Of a stretch of 64,000 bases of DNA, positions 20,092 through 28,876 are shown piece after piece (the first letter of the stretch is position 1; each line of letters begins with the position of its first letter). The position numbers and the translations under genes are program-made. The stretch covers positions 800,001 through 864,000 of the forward strand of contig CBDHDF010000002.1 of the NCBI GenBank assembly GCA_965261545.1. The letters run 5' to 3'. The stretch is from Bdellovibrionales bacterium. Its GTDB lineage: Bacteria > Bdellovibrionota > Bdellovibrionia > Bdellovibrionales > UBA1609. The notes under the pieces were generated by a model. It did no database searches and was not told the origin of the DNA. It saw only the letters and a program-made list of their open reading frames with translations.

Positions 20092-20125
20092 TTATTTTGA
20101 CATCACCATTTCGTCAAACTATTTT
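20089..20125. promoter_or_regulatory. Overlapping divergent sigma70-like promoters
   Basis: + strand TTGACA-N17-TATTTT; - strand TTGACG-N17-TAATAA. Together they form the dyad TTTGAC-N11-GTCAAA. Confidence 0.5.
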
Positions 20126-20174
20126 GCCAGATCATAGTTGTCGAGAAAACAAAGTGTTGTAAAATGATGAGAAT

Positions 20175-22571
20175 ATGAACACAAGCTCAAAGAAAACAAC
20201 TCCGCTCTGGCAACCTCTCTGCCGGGGAGATATTGTAGATATCGTTGCTCCCGCCTCGGCGAGCACCAAAGAGGGTCTTGAAGAAGCCATTGGCTTCGTG
20301 GAAAGGTGGGGCCTTCACCCTAGGTGGCCCGCCGATATCTTTGGCCCCGATGAACTTTGTGCCAACTCCGACCAAAAGCGCTTTGAACACCTGAAAAAAG
20401 CCCTTCAGGCCAAAGATTCACAAATCCTTTGGAGCCTCCGTGGGGGTTGGGGCTCAGCTCGCCTCATGCCCATGCTCACCACTCTCAAATCCACAACACC
20501 CACAAAAATATTTATCGGCTATAGCGACATGACCACCCTTCACATGTTCTTTAACGATGCTTGGAAATGGCCCACCCTCCACAGCTCCATGCTCTACGAA
20601 TTAAGCACAGAGGAAGGAAGGCAACAAGAATCCACTGAGCTTCGAAAACTTCTTTTTGGATTTACTTCTTCTTTGGAGTACAAAAACCTTAAGCCCTTAA
20701 ACAAACTCGCTCGACAAGAGAAAATCATTCATGCTCCCATTGTAGGAGGGAATCTCACCGTACTCCAATCGAGTCTTGGTACACCATGGCAAGTTTTACC
20801 CAAGGGAAAGATTTTAGCTCTTGAAGATGTCAATGAAGAGGCCTACCGAGTGGATCGCATGCTGTTTCAATTGGAACAAGCGGGCTTTTTTAAAGGTGTT
20901 TGCGCCATTATTTTTGGAAGCTTTACTGGAGGCAAAGAAAAAAACTCATCCCTCCTCTGGAAGGTCATTAAAAACCGCTTTGCCAAAGAAGCTTCTGTTC
21001 CCATTTTAAAGGACCTGCCCTTTGGCCATGGTCCCCAGAGAAGGCCCCTCCCCCTACTCAGCACCGCCCAACTGCAACTCGGCCCTTCTTGCGCCCTCCA
21101 TGTCCAAGTTCCAATAAGCTCTGAATCTTACTCTCACAACAAAGTCCCACTATGGGCCGAGGAAAGCCCCCCCCCCCTCAAAAAGGGAGCCTCTGTTCAT
21201 TTCATGGGAATATGTGGTACAGCCATGGCAAGCCTTGCGGGTCTTTTCTTGGAACAGGGATTTCGAGTCACAGGAAGCGATCAAAATGTCTACCCTCCCA
21301 TGTCCACTCAATTGGAAAACTTAGGCATTTCTATCATGGAAGGCTACAAGGCCTCCAACCTAGATCACAACCCCGACTTGGTCATTGTAGGCAATGTCAT
21401 CTCCAAGGACTTTGAAGAAGCCCAAGCCCTCTTAAAATCAAAAATACCCTATACGAGCCTCCCCAAGGCCCTTGGAAAATTTATTATTGCCGACCGCCAC
21501 TCCGTGGTTATTTCGGGAACCCATGGAAAAACCACCACCACGGCTATGATGTCCTGGGTGGCAGAAGTCCAAGGGCGACGGCCTGGATTTCTTATAGGCG
21601 GGATTCCACACAATTTTGAAAAATCCTTTCGCCCCCCCCAAGGAAACTGGTTTGTTATTGAAGGAGATGAATACGACACCGCCTTCTTTGATAAGAATCC
21701 CAAGTTTATTTACTACCACCCTCAATATGTAATTCTCACAAGTATTGAATTTGATCACGCCGATATCTACTCCAACCTCGACGACATTAAATTAGCTTTT
21801 AAAGAACTGATACAAAGAATTCCCATGGATGGTTTGCTTGTGGCCAACTCAGATGACCCTCATGTCATGGACATCGCCCAAAACCACCCTCGCCTAGTGA
21901 CCTTTGGCCTCCATTCGGGAGATTACAGAGCCAGATGTCGAAAAGCCCTCCTAGGGCGCAATCAACTGGCTGTGGAGTACAAGGGACAAAGTCTTGGCGA
22001 TCTCGCCATCAAACTTTTTGGAAAACACAATACAATGAATGCATTGGCCACCTTGGCCCTCTCCCTTGAACTCGGTTGGAAAAAATCAAAAGTCCTCCAA
22101 GCCCTCGCTGACTTTAAGGGTGTAAAAAGACGACAGGAAGTCATCGGTGAGTTCAATGGTATCACTGTGATTGAAGACTTTGCTCACCACCCCACATCCG
22201 TTCAACTCACCATAGAAGCCATGAGAGAAGGGTATCCTCAAAGAAGACTCATCAGTATTTTTGAACCAAGGTCCACCACATCGCGAAGAAAAATCTTTCA
22301 GGATGACTATGCAAAAGCTCTTCAAGATTCGGATCTTGTTATTATTCCCCAAGTGACTGATTTTCACAGAGTTCCTAAATCTGAAAGGTTTTCCTCCGCC
22401 CAACTGGTCAAAGGCCTCAACAGGGAGGGGACTTTTTCTGTGCTCAAAGAAGACGCTCAAAGTATTGTTGAGTTTCTAACTCATGAGGTAAATCCCGGTG
22501 ATGTGGTGCTCATTATGAGCAACGGTGGCTTTGATGATATTTACACCCAACTCAACAAGGCGTTGGCTTGA
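20175..22571 (+). CDS. ldcA-mpl: Fused LD-carboxypeptidase (S66) and murein peptide ligase
   Basis: N-half: VAPAS, RGGWG, GYSD, GGNL, LEDVNE, FGH. C-half: HFMGICGTAMASLA, GTHGKTTT, EGDEYDTAFFDK, EFDHADIY, DFAHHPT, MSNGGF. Single ORF. Confidence 0.9.
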   Translation: MNTSSKKTTPLWQPLCRGDIVDIVAPASASTKEGLEEAIGFVERWGLHPRWPADIFGPDELCANSDQKRFEHLKKALQAKDSQILWSLRGGWGSARLMPMLTTLKSTTPTKIFIGYSDMTTLHMFFNDAWKWPTLHSSMLYELSTEEGRQQESTELRKLLFGFTSSLEYKNLKPLNKLARQEKIIHAPIVGGNLTVLQSSLGTPWQVLPKGKILALEDVNEEAYRVDRMLFQLEQAGFFKGVCAIIFGSFTGGKEKNSSLLWKVIKNRFAKEASVPILKDLPFGHGPQRRPLPLLSTAQLQLGPSCALHVQVPISSESYSHNKVPLWAEESPPPLKKGASVHFMGICGTAMASLAGLFLEQGFRVTGSDQNVYPPMSTQLENLGISIMEGYKASNLDHNPDLVIVGNVISKDFEEAQALLKSKIPYTSLPKALGKFIIADRHSVVISGTHGKTTTTAMMSWVAEVQGRRPGFLIGGIPHNFEKSFRPPQGNWFVIEGDEYDTAFFDKNPKFIYYHPQYVILTSIEFDHADIYSNLDDIKLAFKELIQRIPMDGLLVANSDDPHVMDIAQNHPRLVTFGLHSGDYRARCRKALLGRNQLAVEYKGQSLGDLAIKLFGKHNTMNALATLALSLELGWKKSKVLQALADFKGVKRRQEVIGEFNGITVIEDFAHHPTSVQLTIEAMREGYPQRRLISIFEPRSTTSRRKIFQDDYAKALQDSDLVIIPQVTDFHRVPKSERFSSAQLVKGLNREGTFSVLKEDAQSIVEFLTHEVNPGDVVLIMSNGGFDDIYTQLNKALA
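21167..21177 (+). repeat. C11 homopolymer at the LdcA/Mpl junction
   Basis: GAAAG CCCCCCCCCCC TCAAAAAG. Confidence 0.95.
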
Positions 22572-23686
22572 CTCCTCCCCCACCTTCCTTCTCTTTTGCA
22601 CCTTTAAAATCCAAAGTTGTTGTTATCGACCCTGGACACGGTCACACCCAAGAAACATTTCGCCAAGGCCCCAAGGGGGAACGGGAGGAGTGGATCAATT
22701 TGAGAGTGGCTCTTCTTCTAGAAAAATACCTGTTACAAAGGGGAGCCAAACCACTTCTCACTCGACGTACCGATGTGGATGTTCCATTGGCTCAAAGAGT
22801 TAAACTCACTCTCTCTGCAAAGGCCGACCTCTTTGTCTCCATTCATCACAATAGTTCCGACCCCGTGGACCCTCTTTTGAACCACCCCAGTGTTTTCATC
22901 CACGACGCCGTCAATAAAAGTTCTCCCAACCAAAGTCTTGCCTTTTGTCTAGGGAAGCAGTTTTCCAAGGCAAGAAAAATGGACACTTTTATCGATTCAG
23001 ATCAAATTTTGTTTAAAGAGGGCCTTTATGTTCTAAGGAGACTCCATGGACAAGTCCCTGCTATCCTAGGAGAGTACAGTTTTTTTAGTCACCCCGAAGA
23101 AGAAGAGCGCCTTCAAAGGAAAGAGTATTGTCAGCAAGAGGCCCACGCCTACTTGGTGGGCATTAAAGATTTTCTTTCTGTCCACTCTACCAACTGCTCT
23201 ATGACTTCTTCCCCTTCGCCCCTTTTTCCAGAAAGCTTGAGAACCCTTTATATGAAGCGACGACAGGCTCTTCTCACTCCTGCAACACAGACCAAGGTAG
23301 ATCAGATGAGTCCCTCTTCCAGGATTTCCCAAGATTCTCAAGTCTCCCAAACTCCTCAAAATTCTCAAGGATTTCAAGGTTCTCAAGCTTCCAATGTTTC
23401 CAAGACCTCTGTAGAGAAAATGTCAATTTCCTGGAGAAGTTATTTTGACCAAGCTCAAGAACTCGCCAAACAAGGTGATTTTTCTTTGGCTCAGCAGGAG
23501 TTTTTAAACTCCCTCGCCCTTTTAAGAAATCATCCTGAATTTCTCACAGTTTTTCAATTTTTGGCCCAACAAGGTCTGGCTCCTCTTTCCTCTGGTCCAG
23601 CTCTTCGCCACCTCGTTGCTTTTCAAGACATTCAAAATGAAGGCTTCGGAGAAAAAATTATAAAAGAAAATACAAACGACCGATAA
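22568..23686 (+). CDS. N-acetylmuramoyl-L-alanine amidase (Amidase_3), no signal peptide, with TPR-like tail
   Basis: VIDPGHG, E..INL, LTR..D, FVSIHHN, AILGE; TTG start overlaps the upstream TGA. Confidence 0.85.
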   Translation: MTPPPPSFSFAPLKSKVVVIDPGHGHTQETFRQGPKGEREEWINLRVALLLEKYLLQRGAKPLLTRRTDVDVPLAQRVKLTLSAKADLFVSIHHNSSDPVDPLLNHPSVFIHDAVNKSSPNQSLAFCLGKQFSKARKMDTFIDSDQILFKEGLYVLRRLHGQVPAILGEYSFFSHPEEEERLQRKEYCQQEAHAYLVGIKDFLSVHSTNCSMTSSPSPLFPESLRTLYMKRRQALLTPATQTKVDQMSPSSRISQDSQVSQTPQNSQGFQGSQASNVSKTSVEKMSISWRSYFDQAQELAKQGDFSLAQQEFLNSLALLRNHPEFLTVFQFLAQQGLAPLSSGPALRHLVAFQDIQNEGFGEKIIKENTNDR

Positions 23687-23696
23687 GTCACTAAGC

Positions 23697-25202
23697 ATGA
23701 AACCCAAAGAACAGTGGCTCCGCCCATTTAACATATCAGAAACAAACCTAGAGCAATGGTATAAAGAGATTCCTTCAGGAACTTCACTGACCTATTGGGC
23801 TCTTGAAACTCATAAAATCTCCGAGCAAGAGTATTTCACTTGGGCCAGGGATCACTTTGCCATCCCAAGCCTCAATGAAAAAGCATCTTGTGTCACATTG
23901 AATTTTGTACTTTGGAAAGAGCTTCGCCATATCTCATATTGGTCCTGTGAAATGCTTCCCCTCGCCGAGTGGGATGGGACTATTTTTATTATTTGCATAG
24001 AGGTTCCCTCAGATATTGAGTGGGACTTTTCTGTGCAATATATTCTTGCAAGCCCTCAACAGCTTAAATATTTCTGGACCCAGTTGAACGAAATGCCCCT
24101 TACGGATACCAAAATAAAAATAGGAGAGGATATTCCATCCACCCATGATAAACCATCAAACCACTTAGAGCATTTACATCCGGTGCACTCAAAAGAAGTG
24201 ACAGTAACATCCATTGACCCCTTTAAAGAACTTCTATCAACAATGGATGAGATGGATGAGGAGGATGAAAAAGAAGTCTCCTCTTCTCAACCAGAAGAAG
24301 ACCTCTCTCTCCTCTCTCTTGCACTGCCGGAGCTTTCCGAACATGATAAACCATCAAACCACTCAGAGCATTTACATCCAGTGCACTCAAAAGAAATGAC
24401 AGCAACATCCATTGACCCCTTTAAAGAATTTCTATCAACAATGGGTAAGGAGGATGAGGTGGATGAAAAAGAAGTCTCCTCTTCTCAACCAGAAGAAGAC
24501 CTCTCTCTCCTCTCTCTTGCACTGCCGGAGCTTTCCGAACATGATAAACTATCAAACCACTCAGAGCATTTACACCCGGTACACTCAGTAGATTCAGACC
24601 ATCTAAAAAAAGAAAAGAAAGAAGCGACAGTAACATCCATTGACCCCTTTAAAGAACTTCTATCAACAATAGATGAGGCGGATGAGGCGGGTGAAAAATC
24701 CGAAAATGATCTGGATGATGCTGAGATAGATCCTAAAGAAATGCCCATCGACAGTCAATTTTTACAAACTATCTGGGAAGAGCTCAGTATGGTCTTTCAA
24801 AGTTCTCTTCTCATCAGACTCCATGAAGGTGGTCAATTTCATATTTGGACATACGAACCTGAAAAGTGGAATATCTCAAAGAAAGCGACTCGAATATCCC
24901 TCAATGTCAATAAACCCAGTGCCTTTCGAATTGCTAAGAATGGACACACATTTCATGGTCCCATGTCCACACAGAATCCCATTCACAAAGAATTCTTCCG
25001 CCTATGTGGACTTACAAACCCATCGGAGCATGTCACGATTATTCCCCTCCACAGTAACAGTAATACGAATCCAACAAATATCCTGGGCTTCCTCTTCGCC
25101 ATGGGAGACACTCCAGACAATCACGACAAAGCCCTAAAAATTGCTGAAGAATGCAGTACCAAGATATCTGATCATGTCACACATCACTTTGATGCCGCCT
25201 AA
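23697..25202 (+). CDS. Hypothetical protein: GspE/PilB N-terminal-like region, acidic 66-aa repeats, GAF-like C-terminus
   Basis: 501-aa ORF; MLPLAEWDGTIFI..VP..VQYILAS resembles T2SSE_N. Domain calls are tentative. Confidence 0.6.
   Translation: MKPKEQWLRPFNISETNLEQWYKEIPSGTSLTYWALETHKISEQEYFTWARDHFAIPSLNEKASCVTLNFVLWKELRHISYWSCEMLPLAEWDGTIFIICIEVPSDIEWDFSVQYILASPQQLKYFWTQLNEMPLTDTKIKIGEDIPSTHDKPSNHLEHLHPVHSKEVTVTSIDPFKELLSTMDEMDEEDEKEVSSSQPEEDLSLLSLALPELSEHDKPSNHSEHLHPVHSKEMTATSIDPFKEFLSTMGKEDEVDEKEVSSSQPEEDLSLLSLALPELSEHDKLSNHSEHLHPVHSVDSDHLKKEKKEATVTSIDPFKELLSTIDEADEAGEKSENDLDDAEIDPKEMPIDSQFLQTIWEELSMVFQSSLLIRLHEGGQFHIWTYEPEKWNISKKATRISLNVNKPSAFRIAKNGHTFHGPMSTQNPIHKEFFRLCGLTNPSEHVTIIPLHSNSNTNPTNILGFLFAMGDTPDNHDKALKIAEECSTKISDHVTHHFDAA
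24144..24700 (+). repeat. 198-nt (66-aa) intragenic tandem repeat, two full copies plus a partial third
   Basis: Units start CATGATAAA at 24144, 24342 and 24540. Confidence 0.92.
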
Positions 25203-25253
25203 GAGCCAAGCACAAATATAGTGGACCCCATTTCCAGACAAAATGAGGTGTTT

Positions 25254-26868
25254 CGTATTGACTCATTTAAAAAGGTAACCGAAACGGCACGAAATGACTC
25301 ACTGAGTTGCTGGCTGTTGCTGTTTATTTTTAACCTTTTCGGAAGCTAATGTAAAAAGTTAAGGGGTGGAGTTCCCCACACATCAAAACTGGAAAGAACT
25401 ACATAAATAATCGTCATCTTGGTTGGAAAAAAATCAGCAATGGCTCTCTCAAAAAAATGGAAATTCCAATCTCATCAAAGGGTTCATGTGTTTAGGTTCC
25501 CATACTATATTACCCCCTTCTTTTAAACTTGGGATCTTCGAGAAATACCGCCTTTATACCACTCTGAGAAGGCTTTCTTGGCTTACTTTTTCCTTCAGCT
25601 CTTTGAGCTTAACTTCAAGCCCCAGCCGTAAATGAAAAGGGTTGAGTTTCTTTTTCTGAGATTTTAACAAATCCTTCTTTTCTTCTGAAATGTGTGGTGA
25701 TTGGATAACTCTATCATAGGGTGTTTTAGGGGCATCAAATATTTTTCGAATTTTCCCATCAATTCGATTCTTAACCACTAGCTTCATTGTAGGTACAAAG
25801 TAGTTTTGAAGAGGGTTCCAGTAGTTGACATAAATATCATTCATAAGATCAATGAGATCTGGATCATCGAATCGCTCATAGCCAAAGAGCCTTCGTACAT
25901 GAGTGAGATTTTTTTGCTCGACATGGCAATTATCATTTTTTTGATAAGGACGAGAACGATAAAAACACACTGGGTTGTCTCTTTGAACAAAATATCCAAA
26001 TAGCTCTTTATTGATAAACTCCGAGCCACAATCAGATTTAAAGCCAGTTATTTCAAAGGGGAAAGACTCCTCAATACTTCTCATCGCTTCTTTTGTGGCT
26101 AACATTCCTTTTTGCCATAGGGCTCTGTTGGATGTCCAAGTCGAAGCTAAATCTGTGACCGTTAAAGTGTGGGCATAAGACCCTGCAATATTATCTCCAC
26201 AGTGAGCCACCGTATCTCCAGTCACAAAGCCAGGCTCCTGATGACTGTCGTCAGCTTGAATAGGTATTCTAGACTTAAACCAGCACTTAGAAGGCGTTGT
26301 TGTTGAAATGCTATTAACTTTTCTTTCAGAACGTAAAGCTCTATCAATGGTAGAAGCACTTATTTCTAAAAGCTGGGCTCTAGCGTCGTCTGTGAGGGGT
26401 TTTTCGTAGTGTTCAAGCCACTCTGGAATCGCTGCTTTTAATCGCTTAGAACAAATCTTACCTATCGCAAGCCATAGGGTCCTAAGGTGACCTAGTGTCT
26501 CTTGGGTGTACTTAGGCTTTCTACCTCGTTTTGCTATGGGAAGGGTAAGTTGGCCATTCAGTAGCCTTATGGCATATTTCCGGTTATAACCACAAATAGT
26601 ACAAAACTCAGTTAAAATAATTTTTTTCTCGCTTTTGGACGATTTTTGGTAGCGCTCAAGAATAGCCATTAAATATTGCTTTTTTGCCGAGTGGCTCATA
26701 ATTCCCCCTTAATGTGTCGTTTTGGTACAACAACCAGTCTAGGGTAAGATATTTATGAGTCATTCGGTGATTTCCTAAAAATATCGCACCGAGCAAAGTT
26801 ACCTTTATTGTGAGTCAATGCGGTTTTAATGTGATGCGTCTTGGTGTCGTTATTTTTGAGGCAATTCG
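25254..26868 (-). mobile_element. Insertion sequence, Rv2807/ISNCY-like DDE type; ends approximate
   Basis: Transposase flanked by the inverted motifs CGTATTGACTCATTTAAAAAGGTAAC (25254-25279) and GTTACCTTTATTGTGAGTCAATGCG (26798-26822), plus extra copies. No target duplication identified. Confidence 0.8.
25554..26699 (-). CDS. DDE (integrase-core) transposase
   Basis: GYNRKYAIRLL HTH; DTVAHCG, SDCGSEFIN and SRPYQKNDNCHVEQKN supply D, D, E; RBS AAGGGGG. Confidence 0.92.
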   Translation of the reverse strand: MSHSAKKQYLMAILERYQKSSKSEKKIILTEFCTICGYNRKYAIRLLNGQLTLPIAKRGRKPKYTQETLGHLRTLWLAIGKICSKRLKAAIPEWLEHYEKPLTDDARAQLLEISASTIDRALRSERKVNSISTTTPSKCWFKSRIPIQADDSHQEPGFVTGDTVAHCGDNIAGSYAHTLTVTDLASTWTSNRALWQKGMLATKEAMRSIEESFPFEITGFKSDCGSEFINKELFGYFVQRDNPVCFYRSRPYQKNDNCHVEQKNLTHVRRLFGYERFDDPDLIDLMNDIYVNYWNPLQNYFVPTMKLVVKNRIDGKIRKIFDAPKTPYDRVIQSPHISEEKKDLLKSQKKKLNPFHLRLGLEVKLKELKEKVSQESLLRVV

Positions 26869-27019
26869 ATTATTCGATGCAGAATAGTGATGGATTGGCT
26901 AAAAAGGCTTTTCAAATAGCTCCTGAACTGTTACGAGAAAGAGTGACATTCCAAACATTTACAAATGTATACACGCATCTCAGGTCATGCATACACATAC
27001 ATATACACACTAGGTACTT

Positions 27020-28876
27020 GTGAAATTCAGTGAACTCAATTTACATACATCTTTAAATGAGGCTATTGAAAGCCAGAAATTTGTAGACTGTACTCCCATT
27101 CAAGAAATCATTATCCCCCATGTTCTCCATGGGCAAGATGTGGCAGGTCTTGCTCAAACGGGAACGGGTAAGACGGCGGCTTACCTTCTGCCTCTTATGG
27201 AGAGAATCCTCCAATCTCGTGAAAAGGCTCACGAGGCCAATGGTGAAGTGAGTGGTGAAGCCAAAACTGAAGTCAGCGGACAAAATGAAAGTCCTTCACC
27301 CTCCTTGACACCTTTTCCAAACTGGAAGGCATCAGAGTACATTTTGGTTCTTGTTCCCACGCGAGAACTGGCGGAACAGGTTTTTGAAAACTGTAATCTT
27401 TTTGGTAAGTTTGCAAATATGCAATCGGTGGCCATTTATGGGGGAACTTCCTATGAGCCTCAAAAAAAGGCTCTGTCCGCAGGAGTTCAGTTTGTTATTG
27501 CCACACCTGGTCGACTTATTGATTTATACAAGGAACATGTCATTGATCTCAAACAAGTTCGTGCCATCGTGTTTGATGAGGCCGACCGGATGTTTGATAT
27601 GGGCTTTAAGGAGGACGCCAAGTATGTATTGCGGCGCATTCCAGACCATCGACAATTTCTTGTTTTCAGTGCCACACTCAATTTTGATGTTCTCAATATG
27701 GCCTATCAATTTGGTTCCAATCCCATTGAAGTCAATGTTAGTAAAGATCGTCCCAAAGCTGATCAGGTCACCGATGTTATCTTTCATGTTGGTCAAAGTG
27801 AAAAACCCCAATATCTGTTATCACTATTAAAGAAGCATGCTCCCCAGCAGGCTATTATTTTTAATAATTTTAAGAGCCGAGTTGAACGCCTTGCTGTTTT
27901 TTTAACTCGCAACAATATTCCTGCCATGGGAATTTCAAGTCTCCTTACCCAAGCTCATAGAAATCGTGTCATGGAGCAGTTTAAATCTGAAAATAACCAG
28001 AATATTTTAGTAGCAACCGATGTTGCAGCCCGTGGCTTAGATATCAAAAATGTAGATATGGTGATTAATATGGATCTTCCAGAGGATCCTGAGAACTATG
28101 TGCACCGTATTGGACGCACGGGACGCGCAGGAGCTAAGGGGGTGGCTTTTAGCCTTGTCAGTGACCGTGATGTTATAAGCCTTGGTCGAATTGAAGAATA
28201 CCTCGGCCATAAAGTCACTGTGAATTGGGTGGAAGACAATGAATTGTTCACGGAATTTAAACCCTATCCTAAGGAGTCTGAAGTCACTCCCCCTCGCATT
28301 CAAAGTTTTTCCAGTGGTAACCCCACCAGTAGAAAAAAAACTAGGGGACGACCCAGATCATCTTCACCTACTTCCACTGGTGGTCGTGGTCGAAAGTCTT
28401 TCAGGTCTTCGGCTTCGGCTCATTCAGCCACTTCAACCACTTCGACAAAGAATTCAGCCCCCTCCTCTTCCATCCAAGATATGCAAAATATGTCTGAAAA
28501 AAGTACTTCCACCCATAGAGATCGCCGAATGGGACGTCATAAAAAAAATGAAAAAGTCTCAACTTCTTCCTCATCATCTTCATCTGCCTTGAACTCAAAC
28601 TTCAAGGAACGAAAAACCGAGGAAGCTAAAAATCAAAGGAGGAACTCTAACAATGACAGTTCTAGTAAGAAAATATCTTCAACCTTAAAAAGCAAAGAGG
28701 CGCAAAATAGTTCCCAAGGAAAGAAAAAAACCACTAAAAAAAGAAAAAAGGTTTATAGCTACAGAAGCCAAAACAAAAAATATTCACATCAACTTTCCTC
28801 TCAAAATTCATCCTCCAAATCATCTCAGCCTATTGGCCAAAAAGTATCTGGATGGGTTAAAAAGTTGTTTTCATAA
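27020..28876 (+). CDS. DEAD-box RNA helicase with long Ser/Lys/Arg-rich tail
   Basis: TPIQ, AQTGTGKT, PTRELA, TPGRL, DEAD, SAT, ARGLD, HRIGRTGR. Confidence 0.96.
   Translation: MKFSELNLHTSLNEAIESQKFVDCTPIQEIIIPHVLHGQDVAGLAQTGTGKTAAYLLPLMERILQSREKAHEANGEVSGEAKTEVSGQNESPSPSLTPFPNWKASEYILVLVPTRELAEQVFENCNLFGKFANMQSVAIYGGTSYEPQKKALSAGVQFVIATPGRLIDLYKEHVIDLKQVRAIVFDEADRMFDMGFKEDAKYVLRRIPDHRQFLVFSATLNFDVLNMAYQFGSNPIEVNVSKDRPKADQVTDVIFHVGQSEKPQYLLSLLKKHAPQQAIIFNNFKSRVERLAVFLTRNNIPAMGISSLLTQAHRNRVMEQFKSENNQNILVATDVAARGLDIKNVDMVINMDLPEDPENYVHRIGRTGRAGAKGVAFSLVSDRDVISLGRIEEYLGHKVTVNWVEDNELFTEFKPYPKESEVTPPRIQSFSSGNPTSRKKTRGRPRSSSPTSTGGRGRKSFRSSASAHSATSTTSTKNSAPSSSIQDMQNMSEKSTSTHRDRRMGRHKKNEKVSTSSSSSSSALNSNFKERKTEEAKNQRRNSNNDSSSKKISSTLKSKEAQNSSQGKKKTTKKRKKVYSYRSQNKKYSHQLSSQNSSSKSSQPIGQKVSGWVKKLFS

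Noticed and set aside
25423..25635. 70-aa + strand ORF inside the IS as a passenger gene
   Set aside because: TTG start without an RBS, overlaps the transposase end in antisense, and has no motifs.
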